The translations under genes were made by a program, and so were the position numbers. Below, piece by piece: positions 1-8,109 of a stretch of 53,962 nt of DNA. The notes beneath the pieces are model-generated. The model did not search any database and was not told the DNA's origin. It was given only the letters and a program-made list of their open reading frames with translations. Origin of the DNA: an uncultured Aquifex sp. (GTDB lineage Bacteria > Aquificota > Aquificia > Aquificales > Aquificaceae); contig CAZPVY010000001.1 of NCBI GenBank assembly GCA_964590265.1, forward strand, positions 1 to 53,962, given 5' to 3'. Numbering within the stretch: position 1 is the stretch's first letter; every line of letters starts with the position of its first letter.

Positions 1-298
1 GCTTCTTGACAAGAACAAGGAAGAGAAGGAACAAGGATAGTCCGATGAAAAAGTAAACGATCCTCTGATTGTTCAGCCTTTTATAGTTCAGGAAGTAAGA
101 TATCGCAGACATCACAAAAAGACCAACCAACATGGATGCAAGGAACATTAAGGGTCTTCTGAGGTGATGAGGTTCCAGTCCGTACATGAGGTTCGGTGCC
201 ACTTTTACGCTTAAGACTGTAAGGAAACCCATAAGAGAAAGGAGGATAACGGTGAAAAGTATGACAGGATCGGGATAGAATTTCTTTAAACGCTCCAT
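1..298 (-). CDS. ftsW: FtsW/RodA (SEDS) family membrane protein, N-terminal part (runs off the window edge)
   Basis: Not in the ORF track. Manual translation from ATG 298 gives MERLKKFYPDPVILFTVILLSLMGFLTVLS...LNYKRL..., with three hydrophobic segments and a SEDS-like N-terminus (D..l...v.lL...G...v.S); lies directly downstream of rpiB. Confidence 0.7.
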   Translation of the reverse strand, partial: MERLKKFYPDPVILFTVILLSLMGFLTVLSVKVAPNLMYGLEPHHLRRPLMFLASMLVGLFVMSAISYFLNYKRLNNQRIVYFFIGLSLFLLFLVLVKK

Positions 299-302
299 CT
301 AC

Positions 303-749
303 TTAAGGACATTTCCTTTCTATTTCCCCGATAAGCTCTACACGCTTGGCGTGCCTTCCTCCTTCAAAGGGTGTGTTCAGCCATACATCAACTATCGTCA
401 GGGCGAGATCTTCTCCGAGGATCCTGTCACCGAGGCAGAGAACATTCGCATCATTATGAAGCCTGCTCATCCGAGCCATGTACTCGTTCAGACACAGTGC
501 TGCCCTCACACCCTTAAACTTATTTGCGGTTATGGACATACCTATTCCCGTCCCGCAAACAAGAATTCCTCTGTCAGCCTCTCTCTTTTGGACTGCAAGA
601 GCTACGTTCTTTGCAAAGAGAGGATAGTGAGTGGAGCTCTCCGAGGTGGTACCGTAATCAATCACCTCATGCCCTTTCTCGATCAGAAACTGCTTTATTT
701 TCTCCTTGAGATGAAATCCCGCATGATCAGAACCTACCGCTATCCTCAT
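303..749 (-). CDS. rpiB: Ribose-5-phosphate isomerase B
   Basis: GSDHAG, CGTGIG, HNDANVL and FEGGRH motifs. Confidence 0.97.
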   Translation of the reverse strand: MRIAVGSDHAGFHLKEKIKQFLIEKGHEVIDYGTTSESSTHYPLFAKNVALAVQKREADRGILVCGTGIGMSITANKFKGVRAALCLNEYMARMSRLHNDANVLCLGDRILGEDLALTIVDVWLNTPFEGGRHAKRVELIGEIERKCP

Positions 750-2173
750 CCCTTCAAAACCTCTCTAAGTATCTGGTTTACGAGCTTTGGGTTTGCCTTT
801 CCTTTTGTAGCTTTCATCACCTGCCCGACGAAGAAACCGATAAGTTTCTCCTCCCCAGCTCTGTATCTCTCAACCTCGGATGGGAAGTTCTTTATCACCT
901 CCTCCACTATCTGCCTTATCGCTGACTCATCGGTTATCTGCTTGAGTCCCTTTTCTTCAACTATTTGCCGGGCACTCTTTCCGGTTTCCACCATCTCCTT
1001 TATCACTTCCTTACCTATCTTGGTTGAGATCACGTTTTCCTTTATGAGCTTCACAAGCTCGGCAAGGTTCTCTGGTGAGACGGGAGATTCTTCAAGGGGT
1101 ATCTGCTTTTCGTTGAGAAGTCCCAAAAGATCATTCAGAAGCCAGTTTGCAGTCATCTTAGGTTCGTTGTAGAAGTTCACCGCACTTTCAAAAAAGTCCC
1201 CAAGCTCCTTATGCTGGACGAATATCTTAGCTTCATACTCGCTTATATCGTACTGCGACAGCAGTCTCTCAAGCCTTTGATGGGGTAGTTCAGGCATAGA
1301 CCTCCTTATCTCCTCTATCCATTCTTCTTTAACTATGAGGGGAAGAAGGTCAGGATCTGGGAAGTAACGGTAATCTTCAGCCTCCTCCTTTGTTCTCATG
1401 GTATAGGTCTTTCCTGTTGCAGGATCAAAGGTTCTGGTCTCCTGCAGAACTTCTCCTCCTTCGGATACCACTCTGATCTGCCTTTCTATCTCGTACTCAA
1501 GGGCTTTCTGAACGAACCTAAATGAGTTTACATTCTTTATCTCCGTCCTTGTTCCGAGCTTGTCGGAGCCTTTAGGTCTTATGGATACGTTTATATCACA
1601 TCTGAGCTGTCCCTTTTCCATATCCGCCTTAGACACCCCTGTATAACGCATTATGTTCCTGAGACTTTCAAGGAATATCCTCGCCTCTTCGGGAGACCTG
1701 ATGTCAGGCTCCGTAACTATCTCCATAAGGGGTGTTCCCGCACGGTTCAGGTCAACATAGCTCTTTCCGCCCTCATGGATGTTTTTTCCCGCATCCTCCT
1801 CTATGTGAAGCCTCCTTATCCTTACTTTTTTCTTCTCTCCGCTCGGAAGCTCTATTTCAAGCCAGCCATCGGTAGCAAGGGGTTTCTCATACTGGGAGAT
1901 CTGGTAGCCTTTTGGCAGATCCGGATAAAAGTAGTTTTTTCTCGCAAAGATTGATTCAGTATGAACCTCACAGTTAAGAGCAAGGGAAGCTCTTATAGCA
2001 TACTCAACAGCCTTTTTATTTATAACGGGGAGTGATCCAGGCATCCCGAGACATACAGGACACACATTTGTATTCGGCTCTGCACCGAACTCAACCCTGC
2101 AGGAACAGAACATCTTTGTCTGGGTGTCCATCTGGACGTGTATCTCAAGACCTATAACCGCTTCGTATTCCAT
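746..2173 (-). CDS. gatB: Asp/Glu-tRNA(Asn/Gln) amidotransferase subunit B
   Basis: [42 protein letters not shown] and a C-terminal YqeY-like domain. Confidence 0.98.
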   Translation of the reverse strand: MEYEAVIGLEIHVQMDTQTKMFCSCRVEFGAEPNTNVCPVCLGMPGSLPVINKKAVEYAIRASLALNCEVHTESIFARKNYFYPDLPKGYQISQYEKPLATDGWLEIELPSGEKKKVRIRRLHIEEDAGKNIHEGGKSYVDLNRAGTPLMEIVTEPDIRSPEEARIFLESLRNIMRYTGVSKADMEKGQLRCDINVSIRPKGSDKLGTRTEIKNVNSFRFVQKALEYEIERQIRVVSEGGEVLQETRTFDPATGKTYTMRTKEEAEDYRYFPDPDLLPLIVKEEWIEEIRRSMPELPHQRLERLLSQYDISEYEAKIFVQHKELGDFFESAVNFYNEPKMTANWLLNDLLGLLNEKQIPLEESPVSPENLAELVKLIKENVISTKIGKEVIKEMVETGKSARQIVEEKGLKQITDESAIRQIVEEVIKNFPSEVERYRAGEEKLIGFFVGQVMKATKGKANPKLVNQILREVLKG

Positions 2174-2193
2174 GATGCTTTATATTATAAGTT

Positions 2194-3009
2194 GTGATAA
2201 AGGTACTATCTCCCGCAAAGATAAACCTCGGACTCTGGATCTTAGGTAAGAGGTCTGACGGATACCACGAGATACTTACGGTATTCCACGCTATAGATCT
2301 CTGCGACGAGATATACATCAGGAAGGGAACTTTTGATGTACAGACGAGCACCGGGATTCCAAGGGAGAAAAACCTCGTTTATAGAGCTCTTTTGGAGTTT
2401 CAGAGAAGAACGGGAAGGGATATAGGTTTTTCTATATTTATCCAGAAGAATATCCCGGAGGGTGCCGGTCTCGGAGGTGGAAGTTCAAATGTGGCAAGCG
2501 TTCTGAAAAAGATCAATGAGCTGATGGGAAACCCTCTAAAAGAGGAAGAGCTTAAAGATATAGCAGGTAAGGTCTCCTCCGATGCTCCTTTCTTCTTCCT
2601 AGGAAAGACAGCCATCGGAAGGGGAAGAGGTGAGATTCTTGAGGAGATTGAACCACTTGACCTGAATATAACCCTTGTAATCCCAAATACAAGATCCTCC
2701 ACACGAAAGGTCTACTCTGCTGTCGGAGAAAAACACATCTCACCGGGCGCCCAGATTGAAAAGATCCTTGAAGCTTTGAAGGAGGGAAAGTATGACCTTC
2801 TTGAAAATAAACTCGGAGATTTAGCTTGTGAGATGTATCCTGAAATTGGAGAGGTGGTCAGGTTCATAGAACATTTCGGTTTTAAACCCCTTGTCAGCGG
2901 TAGTGGTTCTGCTGTATTCTATATAGGTAAGCCTACCCCTGAGTTGGAAAAGGGAGCAAAGCTCAGGGGCTGGAGAATTATTGAGGCTAAGAGTTGGCTT
3001 GGGGTGTAG
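2194..3009 (+). CDS. ispE: 4-diphosphocytidyl-2-C-methyl-D-erythritol kinase
   Basis: PAKINL, DGYHEI, GAGLGGGSSN GHMP motif and SGSGS; GTG start. Confidence 0.97.
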   Translation: MIKVLSPAKINLGLWILGKRSDGYHEILTVFHAIDLCDEIYIRKGTFDVQTSTGIPREKNLVYRALLEFQRRTGRDIGFSIFIQKNIPEGAGLGGGSSNVASVLKKINELMGNPLKEEELKDIAGKVSSDAPFFFLGKTAIGRGRGEILEEIEPLDLNITLVIPNTRSSTRKVYSAVGEKHISPGAQIEKILEALKEGKYDLLENKLGDLACEMYPEIGEVVRFIEHFGFKPLVSGSGSAVFYIGKPTPELEKGAKLRGWRIIEAKSWLGV

Positions 3010-3075
3010 CTCAACTGGCAGAGCACCGGACTTTGGATCCGGGGGTTCCTGGTTCGAGTCCAGGCACCCCAGCCA
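3000..3075 (+). tRNA. tRNA-Gln (anticodon TTG) with encoded CCA
   Basis: Acceptor TGGGGTG/CACCCCA, anticodon arm CCGGA-CTTTGGA-TCCGG, T arm CCTGG-TTCGAGT-CCAGG, ends GCCA; U1-A72 pair typical of bacterial tRNA-Gln. Confidence 0.97.
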
Positions 3076-3086
3076 TTTAAAAAACC

Positions 3087-4025
3087 ATGAATAGACCGCT
3101 GAAAATACTTACGGGAACTTCAAACAGGGAACTTGTCCAAGAGATTTCACAGTATTTAGGTGTGAACATCTCTGATATGCTTGTAACCAAGTTCAGCGAT
3201 GGAGAGATAAGAGTTCAGGTAAACGAGTCCATAAGGGGTGCAGACGTTTACGTTTTCCAGTCTCTTTCTTATCCGGCAAATCAGCATATAATGGAGCTTC
3301 TCCTGATAATTGATGCGCTGAAGAGGTCCTCAGCTGGCAGGATAACCGCTGTTATTCCCTACTTTGCCTATGCAAGGCAGGACAGGCAGGATAAACCTAG
3401 GACTCCGGTAAGTGCGAGGCTCCTTGCTGATCTGCTCACAGTTGCCGGGGCAAACAGGGTTGTTACGATAGACCTTCACTCTCCCCAGATACAGGGCTTC
3501 TTTGATATACCGGTTGACCATCTCTCTGCACTACCTGTTCTATATGAGTACATAAAGAAGAACCTGATACTTGAAAATCCTATCGTTGTATCTCCTGACG
3601 CAGGTGGAGTGGAGAGAGCACGCCAGCTTGCCAACAGGCTTGGATGCGGAATAGCGATCATTTACAAGAGAAGACCTGAACCGAACAAAGCTGAGGTTCT
3701 TGATGTGGTTGGAGACATAGAAGGCAAGGAAGCGATAATTATAGACGATCTGATAGACACCGCCGGAACCATGGTTGCTGCAGCGGAAATGCTCATAAAC
3801 AGGGGAGCCAAGAGGGTTATTGCGTGTGCAACTCACGGAGTTCTTTCAGGACCTGCGGTTGAAAGGCTCACCAACTCACCGATAGAGCAGGTGATAATAA
3901 CGAACACAATTCCCGTAGGAGATAGGATGTTCAACAAACTGAAGATAGTTTCTATAGCTTCTCTCCTTGGAGAGGCTATAAAGAGGATTCACGAAGAGGA
4001 ATCCGTGAGTTCTTTGTTTGTTTAA
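3087..4025 (+). CDS. prs: Ribose-phosphate pyrophosphokinase
   Basis: FSDGE, YARQDR, DLHSPQIQGFF, VSPDAGG, IDDLIDTAGT. Confidence 0.98.
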   Translation: MNRPLKILTGTSNRELVQEISQYLGVNISDMLVTKFSDGEIRVQVNESIRGADVYVFQSLSYPANQHIMELLLIIDALKRSSAGRITAVIPYFAYARQDRQDKPRTPVSARLLADLLTVAGANRVVTIDLHSPQIQGFFDIPVDHLSALPVLYEYIKKNLILENPIVVSPDAGGVERARQLANRLGCGIAIIYKRRPEPNKAEVLDVVGDIEGKEAIIIDDLIDTAGTMVAAAEMLINRGAKRVIACATHGVLSGPAVERLTNSPIEQVIITNTIPVGDRMFNKLKIVSIASLLGEAIKRIHEEESVSSLFV

Positions 4026-4035
4026 AAGTCAAGTT

Positions 4036-4064
4036 CTGAGAATAATTAGGCTTTATGTTATAAT
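4036..4064 (+). promoter_or_regulatory. Putative sigma-70 promoter for rplY-pth
   Basis: CTGAGA-N17-TATAAT with extended -10 TGTTATAAT (4056-4064); AGGAGG SD before rplY. Confidence 0.55.
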
Positions 4065-4097
4065 TTTCAATTCCGCATAGCTTTTAGGAGGAAATCC

Positions 4098-4694
4098 ATG
4101 AAGAGGGTAAAGGTAAAGCTCACTGAAAGGGTACCTGGCAGGAAGAGCGAGACTAAGAGGATGAGAAAAGAAGGATTCATTCCGGTTGAGATCTACGGAA
4201 AGGGTGTGGATAACATTCACGCTTGGATAAGCGTAAAGGATTTTCTCTCCCTACCTCATGGAGAGACGTTTCTGATAGAAGCGGAGATAAACGGAGATAA
4301 AAGGGTCTGTATACTCAGAGATATCCAGTTTGGCTGGCTCGGTGATAATCCGATACACGTTGATCTGTATGACCTTGCAAATGTCACCGAGATTGAGGTT
4401 GAAGTTCCCATAGAGTTTGTCGGAACACCGGTGGGAGTTGAACTTGGAGGAACTTTTGAGGCTCTTATGCACTCCTTGACTGTAAAAGCAAGACCTGTGA
4501 ACCTCCCTGATAGGATAGTTATAGATGTAAGCAAACTTGGACTCGGAGAGGTTCTTCACGTAAGAGATATTGAACCGCCGGAGGGATGTGTGATACTTGA
4601 CAACCCTGAGGAAACGATAGCGGTAGTTGCCGAGCCCGAAGTTGAAGAAATCACTGAGGAAACGGAAGGGGCTGAAGAACAGACCTCTGAATGA
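4098..4694 (+). CDS. rplY: 50S ribosomal protein L25/Ctc (long form, acidic tail)
   Basis: R..G.IP..IYG and HVDLY motifs, C-terminal TL5/Ctc domain; prs-rplY-pth synteny. Confidence 0.95.
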   Translation: MKRVKVKLTERVPGRKSETKRMRKEGFIPVEIYGKGVDNIHAWISVKDFLSLPHGETFLIEAEINGDKRVCILRDIQFGWLGDNPIHVDLYDLANVTEIEVEVPIEFVGTPVGVELGGTFEALMHSLTVKARPVNLPDRIVIDVSKLGLGEVLHVRDIEPPEGCVILDNPEETIAVVAEPEVEEITEETEGAEEQTSE

Positions 4695-5269
4695 TAAGGC
4701 TTGTAGTAGGTCTTGGGAATCCGGGTAAGGAATACGAAAACACCCGTCACAATGTCGGTTTTATGGTTGTTGATGAACTTCTGAAGAGACTAAAAATCAA
4801 GGATTACAAGGAAGAGAGCCTTTCCCACGTGTACAGAACACGCATAGTTGGAAGGGAGGTGGTGATAGCAAAGCCTCAAACATATATGAATAACTCAGGA
4901 CTTGCGGTAATAAATTTGCTTGAGGAGAACGATATAAAGCCCGAGGAGATGCTTGTAGTTTATGATGATCTTGATCTACCCCTTGGAATGACACGCTTGA
5001 GGCTTGAAGGAAGTTCAGGGGGACACAAAGGGGTTGAATCAATAATAAAGAACATAAAGACCGAAAGGTTCCCCCGCTTGAGAGTTGGTATAGGAAGACC
5101 GAAGAGAAAGGAAGAAGTTGTTAGATACGTTCTATCCCCCTTCTCAAAGGAAGAGGAGGAGCTGGCAAGAGCTGTTATAAAGAAAGCTGCCCAATGCATC
5201 TTAAGAAGCATAGAGCTATCGCCGGAAGATGCGATGGAATTCTGCAACAGAAGAGATATCCTCAGATGA
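4691..5269 (+). CDS. pth: Peptidyl-tRNA hydrolase
   Basis: LVVGLGNPG, TRHNVGF, KPQTYMN, GGHKG, RLRVGIG. Confidence 0.98.
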   Translation: MIRLVVGLGNPGKEYENTRHNVGFMVVDELLKRLKIKDYKEESLSHVYRTRIVGREVVIAKPQTYMNNSGLAVINLLEENDIKPEEMLVVYDDLDLPLGMTRLRLEGSSGGHKGVESIIKNIKTERFPRLRVGIGRPKRKEEVVRYVLSPFSKEEEELARAVIKKAAQCILRSIELSPEDAMEFCNRRDILR

Positions 5270-5948
5270 CCTCAACGGAGATTACATCTGGTATCTTGAT
5301 TATAGCCCTTATCTTCTCTTTCATCTCCTCATCCTCATAAGGAACGTCCATGTAGATCTCAATCTGCTCTTCCGCTCTTCTTATCCTCGTTATGTTCCCT
5401 TCAGGAAGAAGAGTGCTAAGTCTTTCCGCCACATCGGGGACATCTTTCATTACAATCTTCATGAACTTCAACCCCTTCTTAGCTATGAATTCCCTCTCCA
5501 CCTTGCTCATCAGGCTGAGGACTACAAGAAGTATGAGAGTTGAAAACAGGGACAGGACATACATTCCGGCACCAGAAGCCAAGCCTATTCCGGCTGTAGT
5601 CCACAGGCTCGCTGCGGTCGTGAGACCTTTTACAGAAATGCCCATACGGAGGATGGCACCAGCTCCCAGAAAACCTATACCGCTAACTACCTGAGAAGCG
5701 ATCCTTGATGGATCAACGTTTACCCCGCTCCCGTAAACCCATGGGACGTAAACCGAGACCATGCTCAAAAGGGCTGAACCTACTGCGAGAACCGAATGGG
5801 TTCTAAATCCCGCAGGTTGCTTCCTCCTCTCCCTCTCAAGACCTATTATGGCTCCAAAAAACATGGCAAGAACTATCCTGATAAGGCCTTCCCACAGAGG
5901 AAAAGGATAGCTCTCAGCTATATCTATGGATTTCAGCGTCTCAAGCAT
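5262..5948 (-). CDS. MgtC/SapB family membrane protein with C-terminal ACT-like domain
   Basis: IGLERE, AGFRTH, RIASQVVSGIGFLGAG, GLTTAA. Confidence 0.92.
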   Translation of the reverse strand: MLETLKSIDIAESYPFPLWEGLIRIVLAMFFGAIIGLERERRKQPAGFRTHSVLAVGSALLSMVSVYVPWVYGSGVNVDPSRIASQVVSGIGFLGAGAILRMGISVKGLTTAASLWTTAGIGLASGAGMYVLSLFSTLILLVVLSLMSKVEREFIAKKGLKFMKIVMKDVPDVAERLSTLLPEGNITRIRRAEEQIEIYMDVPYEDEEMKEKIRAIIKIPDVISVEVI

Positions 5949-6775
5949 CTTTTTGAGTAAAAGGTTAAATCCAGCAACTGAACTAAGGTCTTTTTCATAT
6001 TCCTCCGGTGGACAACCATATCAATCATTCCCTTCTCCAGAAGAAATTCTGATCTCTGAAAGCCCTCCGGAAGCTTCTGCTTTATAGTCTGCTCTATAAC
6101 ACGAGGACCTGCAAAACCTATCAATGCCTTCGGTTCAGCGATTATTATGTCTCCCAGAAAGGCAAAACTTGCAGATACTCCACCCGTTGTAGGATTTGCA
6201 AGAACGGTTATGTATGGTATTCCTTTCTCCCTGAGGAAGCCTACTCCGAGCGATGTCTTCGCCATCTGCATCAGGGAAAGTATTCCCTCCTGCATCCTTG
6301 CACCGCCGGAGCAGGTAACAGCTATCAGAGGAACTCCCTCCTCCGCGGAGAGTTTACAAGCCCTGAAGAACCTCTCTCCGACGACCGAACCCATACTGCC
6401 ACCTATGAAACCGAAATCCATTGATGCTAAGACTACTTTTCTGCCCTCCATGGAGCCTCTAACTATAACGATTGCTTCTGTAAGACCCGTCTGTTCCTGA
6501 GCTCTTTTTAGCCTGTCCCTGTATGACTTAGTGTCTCTGAACCTGAGCGGATCAGCAGGAAGAACTCCCTCAAAGAGTTTCTCAGCGTCTGTGCTGTCCA
6601 GTAGGAACTCTACCCTCTCTATTGCGGATAGGGGAAAGTGATAATCACACTTAGGGCAGACCTTGTAGTTCCTCTTAAGATCGGGCACATACAGGAGCGT
6701 CTTGCATTCGGGACACTTTGTCCAGAGGTTTTCCTCTTCCTTCTTCTTCTTGAAGAGCTTATCAAATATACCCAT
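5933..6775 (-). CDS. accD: Acetyl-CoA carboxylase carboxyltransferase beta subunit
   Basis: C4 zinc finger (KCPEC...VCPKC), GGSMGS, SGGARMQEG, PTTGGV. Confidence 0.98.
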   Translation of the reverse strand: MGIFDKLFKKKKEEENLWTKCPECKTLLYVPDLKRNYKVCPKCDYHFPLSAIERVEFLLDSTDAEKLFEGVLPADPLRFRDTKSYRDRLKRAQEQTGLTEAIVIVRGSMEGRKVVLASMDFGFIGGSMGSVVGERFFRACKLSAEEGVPLIAVTCSGGARMQEGILSLMQMAKTSLGVGFLREKGIPYITVLANPTTGGVSASFAFLGDIIIAEPKALIGFAGPRVIEQTIKQKLPEGFQRSEFLLEKGMIDMVVHRRNMKKTLVQLLDLTFYSKRCLRR

Positions 6776-6814
6776 GACGCTTCAATGAAAAGAAGTATAA
6801 ACTAAATATATTAA

Positions 6815-7990
6815 ATGCTTCAGGTAAGAGTAAAACCGGGAATTGAGGACAGGATAAGGGGCTTTTTTCCGTGGATATACAGACCGGAGATAGCCTCCCT
6901 ATCAAGGAAACCCAGGAAAGGAGAGCTCGTAGTTGTCAGAGACTACTCGGGAAAGTTCCTCGGATACGGCTACATAAACCCTGATGTTAGTATAGCCATC
7001 AGAATTCTCTCCTTTGACAAGAATGAACCAATAACGCCCGAGCTTATAAAGAAGCGTATAAAGGAAGCCTACGATTACAGGAAGAGGCTCTATATAAACA
7101 GCAACGCTTTCAGACTCATACATTCAGAAGGCGATCTTTTGCCAGGGCTCATAGTTGACGTTTATGGTGAATACGCCGTGCTTGAGTTCACCACATACGG
7201 GATGAACCAGTTCAGGAATACAGTGATTGAAGCCCTTATAGAGATCCTACGTCCCAAGGGGATCTATGAGAAGGCAAACCTGACAGCTCAGAAGATAGAG
7301 GGAATAAGGATAGAGGAAGGAACGGTTTACGGTGTAGTTCCTGAGGAGATAACCATCTGGGAACACGATCTTAAATACTACATAAATATACCTCAGGGGC
7401 AGAAGACAGGCTTTTTCCTTGACCAGAGGAACGCAAGGAAGTTCGTCAGAAGTCTTGTAGAACCCGGAGACAGATGCCTTGACGTATTCTCTCATACGGG
7501 TGGCTTTGCTCTCAACATGAAGAAAATGGGAGCCGGTGAGGTAATAGCGGTTGACATATCGGAGCTTGCCCTTGAAGTCGGTAAGAAGAACGAGGAACTG
7601 AACGGTCTGTCCGGTATAAAGTGGGTTACCGCAAACGCCTTTGATTATCTGAGGGAGCTTGACAGGGCAGGAGAACAGTTTGATGTGATAATCATAGATC
7701 CTCCATCCTTTGCAAAGAACAGACACTCTGTACCCAACGCCCTGAGGGGATACAAAGAACTCTGTGTGCGGGGATTGAGGTTAACAAAGCCCGGTGGTTA
7801 CCTTGCCATATTCTCCTGCTCCTTTCACATTACCCAGCAACATCTGCTTGATGTTCTGACAAGTGCTTCTTACGATGTTCGCAGGCAGGTCAGGGTAATA
7901 GCGAAGACCTTTCAGGACAAGGATCATCCATGGATACTCCAGATGCCAAACACCCTCTACCTGAAGGGAGTTTGGGTTGAGGTGATCTAA
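6815..7990 (+). CDS. RlmI-like PUA + class I SAM-dependent rRNA methyltransferase
   Basis: HSEGDLLPGLIVD, GQKTGFFLDQR, DPPSF, SCS and YLK motifs. Confidence 0.9.
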   Translation: MLQVRVKPGIEDRIRGFFPWIYRPEIASLSRKPRKGELVVVRDYSGKFLGYGYINPDVSIAIRILSFDKNEPITPELIKKRIKEAYDYRKRLYINSNAFRLIHSEGDLLPGLIVDVYGEYAVLEFTTYGMNQFRNTVIEALIEILRPKGIYEKANLTAQKIEGIRIEEGTVYGVVPEEITIWEHDLKYYINIPQGQKTGFFLDQRNARKFVRSLVEPGDRCLDVFSHTGGFALNMKKMGAGEVIAVDISELALEVGKKNEELNGLSGIKWVTANAFDYLRELDRAGEQFDVIIIDPPSFAKNRHSVPNALRGYKELCVRGLRLTKPGGYLAIFSCSFHITQQHLLDVLTSASYDVRRQVRVIAKTFQDKDHPWILQMPNTLYLKGVWVEVI

Positions 7991-8109
7991 ATAGCGCATT
8001 CTTATAAACCCTATAAGCTGAGCTTATGGACTTTTAAGTAAAAGTGCTGTCAAGACCCTGGGGGAGAGATTATCCTTTTACTTAAAGTGTGCCTTTAGGA
8101 GGCGACATT

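Noticed and set aside
351-1172. 273-aa plus-strand ORF, and similar long antisense ORFs (30555-31397, 32710-33417, 40262-41086, 41883-42689, 52475-53401)
   Set aside because: They lie opposite well-conserved genes, are Ser/Leu/Phe/Pro-rich mirror translations of purine-rich coding strands, and show no recognisable motifs
8048-8053. Perfect TTGACA on the minus strand as an antisense promoter into the methyltransferase gene
   Set aside because: No acceptable -10 at 16-18 nt spacing
7991-8109. Moco/Wco riboswitch upstream of soeA
   Set aside because: I cannot identify the multi-stem architecture or GNRA tetraloop of that motif; only an AT-rich inverted repeat is visible
8089-8109. Longer ORF-track starts for soeA (8089), and likewise dapL (14936), fliC (26488), rplV (34038) and rplL (51234)
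   Set aside because: Each upstream GTG/TTG lies in or beside the SD of a better-spaced downstream ATG
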